A DNA stretch of 64,000 bases from Nemertoderma westbladi (Eukaryota; Animalia; Xenacoelomorpha): contig JAUCBJ010006179.1 in the NCBI GenBank assembly GCA_032718475.1, positions 6,206 through 70,205 of the forward strand, in the 5' to 3' direction. Below, in pieces: positions 40,915 through 52,171 of this stretch. The notes beneath the pieces were generated by a model that had not been told where the DNA came from, did no database searches, and was given only the letters and a program-made list of their open reading frames with translations. Both the position numbers and the translations under genes were made by a program. Each line of letters opens with the position of its first letter. Within the stretch, counting starts at the first letter, position 1.

Positions 40915-41771
40915 TAATTAATAAATTGTGCAGCAATATTATTTGAAACCCTATATTTTTTAAATTACCTATATAAAATCGATAGCTATTTGTACTATTA
41001 GAAATCACTAGCTGCCTGGTAAAACAATAATGAAAAAAAACACTAGCTAACTAATATAAGAGAGTTATAATAGGTCTACACAATAACATACTTACCAAGG
41101 ACTAACATAATATTGACATATTCAGGGGAGGGCACTCCCCCAGTATGCGTTAATCGAAGTAGAGTCTGGTTCATCTTATTATATTAAAATTTAATTAGCT
41201 TATAATATAGGCCTACACCAGTTTTATGTGACCAAGTTGGAGTACGGCTGCGCTGTATGGTGTGACATCTCTCATAGGTTGCTCTGATCTCTTAGACAAC
41301 CTCGGAACTGATATCCTTAAACTAGCTACTGTAGCACCGAAAAGGAATGCAACCTACAGCCCTTCTCCTCAAGACCGGATGCCATTATTTTGTCTAATGT
41401 CGTTTTACAAAACTGTCCACGGCCTTACACAAACTTATCTTTTTAACAAATTTATTCACCTACACAGTAGTTGGCGAAAAATAGTACTCGTCACACTTAC
41501 CCCCTAACAACAGTCACAAACACCTCAGAAATCAGTTTTAACTAACAATTATAACGTCCATATTTCGCATATTATATCATATATATATCATATATTATAT
41601 CATCCATATTTCGTGAATATATATAACACCCTGTTTAAGCTAATATAAATAAGTATTACCTTGCTAATAAATATTAGGACCCCACTATTTATGATTAAAA
41701 TTTCATGCGATTAGGATTTGTATAATAATTTAGTGTGCCTCCCATACCTACGTAGGTTGTGGGTGGTGGAG
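40915..41771 (+). repeat. 3' flank of the protamine-like gene, duplicated at 45700-46568; includes a decayed LINE 3' remnant
   Basis: Near-identical from TAATTAATAAATTGTGCAGC to GGGTGGTGGAGA; KLEYGCAVW-like remnant near 41235. Confidence 0.9.
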
Positions 41772-42079
41772 ACTTGTTCCAAATTAAGACAATAGAATGA
41801 GTACAATGTAATTTGTGGACATGTTAGGCAGGGGGGGGGGGGGGGGGATTCTGAATACCGTTAACAGAATTAATACGCCGTTAGTTTATTACATCCAATC
41901 AACCACCTATAATATAATTTAATCGGTGGGTTAACTAATTCTAGAATTTAGTCTTCATATATAAATAACAAACATTGAAAAAAGTTGTCATACACGAATC
42001 GCTCTATTAAATTTGTAACACAATTTAAATTAAATAGGATAGATAATAATAACAGGTACTGTATCCGTGTTGGGACGAA

Positions 42080-43915
42080 ATGGCTGCGAAGAAGAAAGGG
42101 AATAGAAGCAGGTCAAGGAGTCGTAGAGGGAATGGGATGAAAGGGAAGGTTTGTTTATTTATTTTAATATAAATATTTATGTTGGGAAATATTTCTCTGT
42201 CACATCCTTGTCGTTTAGCCCATAATTGGGTTCAAGTTAACCCGGTTTCATCACTGCGCCTTGCATCCTTAAACGATCGCTAAAAGAGTAAGTTTCTTCT
42301 AGGCAGAATACAGTAGTTCTGGGGGAATCGAACTGGAAATAAGTGATTCTTTGTGCGTTTTCCCTGAAATAATGTACAAAGATAACTTTACTTTTTTAGT
42401 TTACTTTCGTGACTCGGTTCTCATTAAAAATCGTAATAACTATTTATATACAGTACTTGTGTGTAAAGTAGCACTTTACAGTGTGATGATCCGAGTGGCT
42501 TTGTTACACGAACGAAAGTTAGTGAGTGAGTGAGTGAAAATAAAGCCACGAGGATCAGAACACTGTAAAGTACTTTGCAACAAGTACTGTATGTATGTAG
42601 TTTTATTCCAAAATTTTAACATTACGAAATGATTGTATATATATTATAAGTGATAGAAACAGGACAAATTAAATTATTTGCTGTATAAATAAATGTAAAA
42701 GTGACATAAATTATGTTATAAATATGTTAGCTTATATTTATGGTGGCGTGTGGAGCCATGTTATAATAATATAGCTAGGACCAACTGGTTATTAATAGAT
42801 ATACCCCGCCTACCGGTAGGTAATGCAGTAGGCCTATCTGGCTGTCAGGCAAATTTCTACCTATTATTTACGTAGTAACCAATGACGGCGTTAAGTAATG
42901 TCCACTAAGGGGACATTACTTAACGGATAACACCAAATACAATACTAAATGTACAGGCCAATAGAATGCTGTAATTTCCTCAAAAGTTGTAAATTGCTAA
43001 ATAACAACTCGCTGTTAATACTAACGGCGTTGAGTAATGTTACAATTTTGGAACAAATTACTTTGCAACAAGACAAGTATGTATGTAGTTTTATTACAAA
43101 ATTGTAACATTACGACATGATTGTATATATATTATAAGTAGTAGAAAATGCACAAGTTATATTAGTTGCTGTATAAATAAATGTAAAAATGACATATAAA
43201 TAAGTTAGCTTATATTTATGGTGGCGTTTGGAGCCTTGTTATAATAATAAGCTAGGCCCTACTGTTTATTAATAGCTATACCCCGCCTATCGGTAGGTAA
43301 TGCAGTAGGCCTATCTGGCTGTCAGGCAAATACCACCTATTGTTTACGTGGTAACCAATGACGCCGTAACTTTACAGCTCGCCGTCATTGGTTACCACAT
43401 AAACAAGGGACATTACAACACCCACTCCAATACTAATTATACAGGCCAATACAATGCTGTAATGTCCTTTAAAGTTGTAAAGTGCTAATAACAACTCGCT
43501 GTTAATACTAGCGGCGTTGAGTAATGTTACAATTTTGGAATAAAATCATTTTACAAAATGCTCAATACAATTCTTTCAGGGTAAGGAAAGTCGAGGAATC
43601 GCGAGAAGAGGTGGAAACGGAAAGAAAATAGGGAAGATCCTGAAGACGAAGAAACATCGACGGATTCTGGCTCGAGAGTTGGGAAATCGGAGTGTAAAGT
43701 ACATCCCTGGAATAGGAGAAGTATTCGGAGGTAGTCTCGCCAATAATGGATTCACACGCGCCTACCAGGTCTTAGCGAAGTACATTCTACTAAGAGAGAA
43801 GCTGGAAGATTTCCATCTGTGGCTCTCCAAGATCTGTGGGGACCACTTTTACAAGGCCTATTCCCGTCGAGCTCATAGAGCTATATCGATCATGTGCGAA
43901 GCATACTACTCGTAA
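42080..43915 (+). CDS. BANF1-like: BAF (barrier-to-autointegration factor)-domain protein with protamine-like basic N-terminal tail, 134 aa, exons 42080-42148 and 43580-43915
   Basis: Exon 1 MAAKKKGNRSRSRSRRGNGMKGK|GTTTGT; acceptor TTCTTTCAG joins in frame; TKKHRRILARELGNRSVKYIPGIGEVFGGSLANNGFTRAYQVLAKYILLREKLEDFHLWLSKICG..CEAYY matches BAF (SQKHR..MGEK..GIGEVLG..L..GFDKAYVVLGQFLVL..F.EWL..CG..WCDAF). Confidence 0.85.
42225..42345 (+). mobile_element. SINE 3' fragment in the BAF-like gene intron
   Basis: Shares GCCTTGCATCCTTAAA..GGCAGAATA..CTGGGGGA..ACTGGAAATAA with 21988-22076. Confidence 0.6.
42571..43540. repeat. Diverged tandem duplication (~490 bp x2) in the BAF-like gene intron
   Basis: TACTTTGCAACAAG starts both units (42571, 43060); both end CGGCGTTGAGTAATGTTACAATTTTGGAA. 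Confidence 0.85.
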
Positions 43916-44579
43916 ATGTTAACAGCCGACTCGAGTAAATAAGATAGATTGAGCCCACATATCATTGGATAGTTATGTAACCAGATCTAAATATTTATTT
44001 GCTGTTTGTAGCATTGCATTATATTTAATTATTAATACAAAACTACTCAATTCCGCGCCATCACATGAAATATTCATTCTGTCCACGGTAATTTTGATTT
44101 CGTACGAGCTTGTTGTTCTATTTACTGTTTGTATCGTAAGAATGGTTTTTTTTTTTTTTTTTTTTATTTTTATTAGAATATTTTTATAAAATTTTTTAAT
44201 ATATCTTTAACTTTAAATCTCATTCGGTCGAATAATTACCGAGTCGATAGCTAATAATTATTGACTTGTGTATTTAATAGAAATGTAATACTGTCAACGG
44301 AATAACCGCCCCCAAATAATTCCAATACTTTTAACGGAATAAATAATTCTCACAAATCGCCCACAAATAATTCCAAAAAAATAATTACAACACTGTTAAC
44401 GGTCCAACCACCCCTAATCATTCATTTATGTTTAAAAATACAGAATTCTCGAAAAATACAGCTTGCCAACACATTGTTACTATCAATTAAAAATAAAAGC
44501 AAATACGTAATAATGATAATTCTGCTCTAATATATACACCATGTCCCGTAATATAGTGTCATTTTCTGATGACAACTAG

Positions 44580-45700
44580 TTCCACTCACCGTCGATGACC
44601 CCATCGACTTACAATCGACCGGCATCAGGTCAGGTCAGGTATTCTAGGTCATTGATCAAGAAAACTTGCCAACTCCATGCAGCATAAAGGAGGTGCCATC
44701 TGTAGCTGCATAGACTCTCTTACTAGGGCAAATCTGGTCCTGTAACTAGGACCCCCTTCGTTCTGGGATAAGGACGCCCTTCTTGGTTCGGGATTAAGGA
44801 CCCATATACTTGGCTGCAGGGGTATATGGCCTGGCCAGGCAGATGGTGATCAACCAATGGCTGGTCAGGAGTAGAGTGTTCTCATGTCCACTCTGAGTAC
44901 ACTTCACTGCGACCTGCACCTGGCATCAGGGGTACAGGACATGACCCAGCAGATGAGCTGCACAGCCAATGGTGGGTCATGTGCGCGAGAGTAGATATGG
45001 GTGATGGGCCTCATATCTGACTCCACTGCGACACCCACCCTGTGGAATGGCAAACCAGGGTGTGGTATTTGCCCCGAGAGCTGACTCGGCAAAAAAGCAC
45101 CCCCCAACCCCCACTATGGATTACATTAGCAATGCGGAGGTCCGGCCACTAGAGGCCAGTGGAATGACTGGACACAATCGGTCTCACAGGCATCAGTTAT
45201 CTCCTGACCGGCTGCCTGTCTCACCCCCTACTGGAGAGAGAGCGGCAAACAATTCTTTGAGTCCCTTTCCTGATGACCTTTCTGGCCCAAACCCTGGGTC
45301 ACCAGAGAGGCCAGATTGTGAGGGGGAAAGGGATTCTGGAGTTGGAGGCTACTCTCATGTTCCACCCCGACCAACAAAGCCATTGGTGAATCTGAGGCAA
45401 GTCACTAGACTAGCCTCAGTAAACACCCTAACACTCGGGTCCCCAATGCGACAAGGTGAGCTGACTGCCTTGGCAGATAAGCTTTCTCTTAGTGCAGTGG
45501 GTGTTCAAGAGCACCGAATGCAGACTGGACAGACTGATGAAGTTCTGATTAAGGACATGGGGGGCGGTGGGCGACTCGCCCTCGCTTCAGCAGATGATAG
45601 TGGCAATGGTGGAATTGGTCTATTGATGAATCCAACTGCACATGCAGCATTGGACAAAATAGACCAAATCTCTAACCGCATCATCCGTTGCCACTTCTAT
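44580..45700 (+). mobile_element. 5' fragment of an RTE-like LINE (UTR and start of APE endonuclease)
   Basis: GC-rich segment; RLASVNTLTL..AVGVQEHR..GGIGLLM..ISNRII, cut at 45700. Confidence 0.75.
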
Positions 45701-46568
45701 TAATTAATAAATTGTGCAGCAATATTATTTGAAACCCTATATTTTTTAAATTACCTATATAAAATCGATAGCTATTTGTACTATTAGAAATCACTAGCTG
45801 CCTGGTAAAACAATAATGAAAAAAAACACTAGCTAACTAATATAAGAGAGTTATAATACTGTAGGTCTACACAATAACATACTGTACTTACCAAGGACTA
45901 ACATAATAATGACATATTCAGGGCAGGGCACTCCCCTAGTATACGTTAATCGAAGTAGAGTCTGGTTCATCTTATTATATTAAAATTTAATTAGCTTATA
46001 ATATAGGCCTACACCAGTTTTATGTGACCAAGTTGGAGTACGGCTGCGCTGTATGGTGTGACATCTCTCATAGGTTGCTCTGATCTCTTAGACAACCTCG
46101 GAACTGATATCCTTAAACTAGCTACTGTAGCACCGAAAAGGAATGCAACCTACAGCCCCTCTCCTCAAGACCGGATGCCATTATTTTGTCTAATTTCGTT
46201 TTACAAAACTGTCCACGGCCTTACACAAACTTATCTTTTTAACAAATTTCTTCACCTACACAGTAGTTGGCGAAAAATAGTACACATCACACTTACCCCC
46301 TAACAACAGTCACAAACACCTCAGAAATCAGTTTTAACTAACAATTATAACTTCCATATTTCGCATATTATATCATATATATATCATATATTATATCATC
46401 CATATTTCGTGAATATATATAACACCCTGTTTAAGCTAATATAAATAAGTATTACCTTGCTAATAAATATTAGGACCCCACTATTTATGATTAAAATTTC
46501 ATGCGATTAGGATTTGTATAATAATTTAGTGTGCCTCCCATACCTACGTAGGTTGTGGGTGGTGGAGA
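45700..46568 (+). repeat. Second copy of the protamine-like gene 3' flank
   Basis: Near-identical to 40915-41771 (see duplicate ORF-track entries 41262 and 46058). Confidence 0.9.
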
Positions 46569-46572
46569 TGAG

Positions 46573-49500
46573 TGTTCGCGCTTTCAGACCTTTGGCAGTT
46601 TAACCCGCCAAATTAGGATGTCTTCTAGATAATAATTCGCTTTTAGCCTATGACAAGTATTTGATTCACTACACTAGTCGAAACCAATCTGTGCGCGATC
46701 ATTCACCCGCTGGATATACCCGGGAGATTGGGTTCGACGGCTTAATCGTATTGCTATGTAGGCCTAATGTATTATTCGACTGACAGTATTATATAATCTC
46801 TGACAATATTATTCACCTTCGGGAAATATTAACAGTTCCTTTAGGACGTGGCGCTCTATCTATATAAACAGAGTTATGACTTAAACTACTCACAACGATA
46901 TGGCTTAGTTATAATTCACATATATGGCGCATTCTTTAGGAAATGCTTCGTTATCAGTCTCACTCATACACAATGCTGCACAATACTGCACACTAATCTG
47001 CCGATCTTCACTGATTTTAGTCACATATAAAAGGAACACGGACCGAATCATGTAGGGTCTATCAAATAACATTAGATTCACTTCAAACCACTTTATCATA
47101 AGTCACAATCGTTATATGTAACCTTTCTCTCTTACCTTCGGTATATCAAGAATATTGGGTTTCGGGGTTATTTATCGTTATTCCAAATATAATAATTCAT
47201 CAACCATGTTATGAAGAACTGACAGTAAATAGCAGTATAACAATATAAAAGTATGCAAGAAAGACCAAACATCAGTTTGTTAGTTTGGATTGATAACGGA
47301 TATATGTCCTTATAATTAAGCCTACTAGTGTTAGACTAAAACAGAAAAGCACAAAATATTTCCAAGCCGTTCTCTCCTGGCTCAGGACAGAAAGACCAAC
47401 AACACTGAACACTGATAAGAATAACCTTATTTACAAAGGCTTCCACCCACCACAGAGAAAGAGCATACAGATAGGAAATTCAGTTCAGTAGATCTGTGAT
47501 AGGTCGAAATCAAAATCAACTCAAATCTTATTGGCAGATACAGAAAGCAGGGCTGTGGGGCAACTTTCCCAAGCTGGTTGGACAATCAAACGTAGCCCAG
47601 ATCCCTTCGCACAGCAAATCAGCCAATCAGCCGGTAGCTTGCGCTATTCGAGCTAGAGATCCCTTTTAGAGTATTCCAGCGCCCTGGGGGGAACTGGTTA
47701 GCAAAGCAAACGAATCAGTTATCCCACAAAAGCTTTTACACCGCTCCCAGAAAATGGGATTTAAGTCTATAAAATATACAAAATCACAGTTTCTAAAATA
47801 CGAGAATACTCTAAACAGTTAGTCTTTCTTGCGCAGACGGCGTTTACGCAGTTTTTTAAAGCTAGCAAGAGTCTTTTTCTCTTTGGGGCGAGCCACTTTA
47901 CAAGGAGGGCTATAACTCCTGGGTGAAGGGTGCAATATGATTGCATCAGAAGGCGTGGGATTATAGTCGGGGTATCCGCCGTTTCAATATGTTTCTCCTC
48001 GAGCTGATTTTCCTCCGCTCATCGTTGGATACGTTCGTCTAAAACTCTCGCCGAGAATAGGGTCGTCCAAGTTCAATATCGTCTTAGAGACTATGGATTT
48101 CCCAATCGAACTGGGATAAAGCCACTCCGTTTACCGCTTGGACTTGCTGTTATAATTTAGGTTTATCTGAGCAAACATAGATTTCTTTTCTGATCTTTGT
48201 AGAATAGCGTCTATCTCTTTTCGTACAACGCTCTCCTCCACCTTGATGACAGGTGGTATCGTGTTAAACGGGAACGATTCCGATTATACGATTGAATGGC
48301 GATATCGGGTGCCCGTGCCCCAATCCGGCCAGGTAAGATGGGCGGATATTTAGGGAGCCCACAACCTGAGTGCCACCGACTAACGGTTCGGGTAACACTG
48401 GATCTCTGAACGGTAAGTACAGCTCGGGAGGATCCGTAATACTATTAGGATCGAGAGTTTGAGGTATCACTTGGGAATGAGGAGGTCTGACCGAGTATTC
48501 CGGAACTCTGATCATGGGTTTATTCAATGATCGCTTAAGGCGCGCGACCGTAGGTGATACGTCGAAAAGGTTTCGCTCGAAACTCCTATAAGTATATCGC
48601 GTAAAACTGTGTTTAGCGCAGCGTCTCCGCGGATGTTTATGCCTTTCGCTTTGCTGGTTAGGTCTGGGGCATTCGTCACAGTAATACCAAAGACGCACGT
48701 CTTGAAGGGGAAACGCGGGTGATCGCTCTCCAGTTTTACAATATTCCTCCATCTGTTCGAAGCTATCTGGAACGACAGGTAGCGATCGATCGGCGGTAAG
48801 ATACATCATCGTAAAATAGAGCCGTTTGAGTTCCATCATAGGATCTGGATGTATACCTTGAGGATATCGAGTTTCGAGGTTTTGTTGACTGGCAACATTG
48901 AGATAGGTCTCTCTTAGGAATTCTAGATAATCGTTAAAACCGTTACGTTTATCAGGTTCTTCAACGTCTTCTCTTTCGAGTTTGTTTCGAATAGGATTTT
49001 CGCATTAGAATTTTGGTTTATCGTTTCGACTCCTCTGGGTAGGATATGTTCGACATAGTCCGTATCGTGTAAATCGATAGAATGGTCAATGGTTAAGAAG
49101 TCCATATACATACCATTACAATGCGTGTAGCGAGCGGTGAATTTTCCATAGTCCAATTCATGCGTAAGTTACTTCCAGGAAATCGTAGGTTCGATATAAC
49201 AACCATCATCCTTCGTAGTAGTTGGACTAGTATCACCGCGTATCAAGCTATCAACAAACACTTGAAAGTAGATTATATCGCTCCCTGATACCAAGACCAT
49301 CTTCTATCAACTCCGTCATATCTGCTATATATGAGTTTATTAATATTATAATGAGTTTATATTTAGGCTAGCGAGCGTCGCTGCCTACCCCAATCCGCCC
49401 CCGGACAGTGCGAGATCCTCAGCACCGATGTGTCGTCGCCGCTGTACTTTCGCCAACGACGTAGCCGCACAACGACAACGACAACCGGTACAAGTCACTC

Positions 49501-52100
49501 GACTGTCCGTCCCAAAGGCTTAGATACACCTCAGGTTCTTACTGGACAGTTAGGGTTACTTTCCCAATTGCGACTCGCTACTGTAAACACACCTTAGTAG
49601 TAACATTCGCCTATAAACTCACAAATACCACACACACAACTTGTCACAAATTACACACACTCGGGTCACTTGTCCGTTAGTCAATGCCTTCCAGAATGTC
49701 ACTGTATTATTATGTATCCTTGGATACTATCAGTGCACTATTTATTCCCTATGCTATTCAAGGGGACAAGCTTTCTATTGTTCTTTTACTCAATTCTAAT
49801 TCTAGCGTGGTTGTTACTATGGTGACATTATGTAAAGCTAGCGGTAGAATTAGGGTAATTCTAATGCATACAGATCTGGGATGTTATTTAATAGTAATTC
49901 TTTAATGGTCAATGTCCTGTTTTATACATGACTTTATGAATTTTATCGGCTATTGACTATGTTTGGGAGACTTTCGTACACGCATACGCATAATAATATA
50001 AATCTCCGCTCCCTTGATCTATTAATTAATGGAATTTTGGGAATGTTATAAATTGCGTAAAATGGCAATTTATTAAATTCATTAAAAGACATGAATTTAA
50101 ATTTATTCCCTGAAATTTTATTATTTGATAATTAAATTGACATATTTTGATTCTAGAACATGTCTGGGGACACAAGATCCTTAATTTTATGACAATTGTC
50201 TTTTTAAGAATATCGGTAAATGCTACGATATCTTAATTGACTAGAATTGTTGAAGGATCTGAATTTTACAGATTTTGATCTATTAGATTTGCAAATATTA
50301 AATAATTAATATTTGAGATGGGCACCGATTTATTCCAGAACTTGTCTGGGGACGTTAACCACTGATTCTAGAATTTGTCTTTCAAGTATATCGGTGGGTG
50401 CCGCGATATCTTAATCGACTAGAATTACAGATGGTCAAAGGGTTTAACAGATTTATTTTGCGTTATACGCTACTGTTAAAGGGACATCACGCTACTATAT
50501 GTATTATTTAATATACGGTATGAGAGCAATATCGCACGAAGCAATGTCAGTGTGAAGAGGCAAGTCGTTTCCAAGGTCTACCCAGAGCTTGGTTTAGCCG
50601 AGACACGAGGATCTGAACTTTGCATTCCTAATACTCTGCCTACCAATAATACTTGAATATAGTAGTGGCTTTATTGTACTTTAATAAGTACGGACATTTC
50701 ATCTTACTGTAGTTACGTATTTATAATATAATACGGACAGTAAGGAAAGAGAAAAAGAATTATTTCTCGCCGTCGCACTAAATATAATATAAGTAATTAC
50801 GTACACAATAAACACGAATATATTGCACTATTCTACTAAATGATCGCTAAATAATATTTTACTAAATTAAATAAAACGATTATAATAAAATTACATAGTA
50901 ATACATACCTAAATATAAAAATAATAAAATAATGTAAAATAATAGAGTCACACGCCCACTCCGAACAATATTAAGTTGGGGAGTCCCTAGATGTCGGTTG
51001 GATTAGGGAAGTGGTCGTGGGAAGAGTTTCTTGCCTTCCATAGTTTCCGGAGAGCTCTCTGTCTCTTTCCAGTAAACATAAACGACCCACTGGGCGATTG
51101 AGCTGTTGAGTCTCAAAGACTATCCCTGGTTTCTTAAAGTTACGCCGCATTACGACGAGTTCTACTGATCGCACCAAACCATCGCTCGAGATATGAGTCT
51201 CGATGATACGTCCTGTTTGCCATCGCTTACGTGGGAGATCGGGGTCCATAATAAGCACCATGTCTCCAGCGCTGACGTTTTCTTGCTGCGCAAACCACTT
51301 AGTTCGAAGTTGTAGAGTGGGCAGGTAATGTTTCTCGAAATGGTCAGCGAAACGACGGGATAGCAACTGCATAAGTTGCCAGGTTCGATGGCAGTACTCA
51401 TCTCCGTCTGTGATCTCAGATCGTGGGAGCATGGCTACGGGTTTCTTCAGTAGAAAGTGCGCGGGTGTTAGCGCTTCCAGGGAATCAGGATTTGAAGAGA
51501 CTGGCATAAGCGGTCTTTCGTTGAGATAGGCGGCGATTTCCTCCATTAACGTCTGCAATAGTTCGTCGGTGAGATAAGCGCGACAAGGCACAATAAAGTG
51601 GAACGCAGTCTTCACGCTCCTAATCAATCTCTCCCAACTTCCTCCCCACCAAGGGGCGTCGGCGGCGTTGAAGGTCCAGCTAGACGCTGTTATCTTTAGC
51701 TGATCGTCCACCTGTCTTTTGTTCCAGTCCTTTACGTAAGCTTGAATTTCGTTGTTGGCGCCAATGAAGTTCGTTCCCTTATCCGATCTCATCGTGTTAC
51801 TGGTTCCGAAGCGAGCGATCTGTCGTCGTAAACTCAACACGAAGCTGTTGGTGGATAGATCGTTTACCATATCGAGATGGATAGCTCTACAAGTCATACA
51901 AACGAAGATGACACACCATCTCTTGACTATAGTCCGGGCACGATATACTTCAATAGGGCCAAATAAATCCACACCGGTATTAGTAAAGGGTGGTTCATAG
52001 AAGCTTACTCTTTCCCTAGGTAATTCTGCCTCTCGCTGTGTTAAAGGCCTACTGAATGCTTTCCTACAGGGTATGCAGTTCCTAAGAACTTGGTTCAGAG
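46573..52100 (-). mobile_element. BEL/Pao copy 2: 3' LTR (46573-47740), internally deleted accessory ORF, spacer and integrase; cut at 52100 by a LINE
   Basis: Reverse complement aligns to 8602-16866 except for loss of ~12727-15447; integrase part of ORF 50971-52173 is open. Confidence 0.93.
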
Positions 52101-52171
52101 ACTTGGTTGATAAAACAATATAGCAATAGTCTGATATCAACACCTGATAACTAGGCCTACTGAACTGTATC

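Noticed and set aside
41262-41507. Duplicated 81-aa ORF (also 46058-46303) as a gene pair
   Set aside because: Non-ATG start inside a decayed LINE remnant; identity is explained by recent segmental duplication
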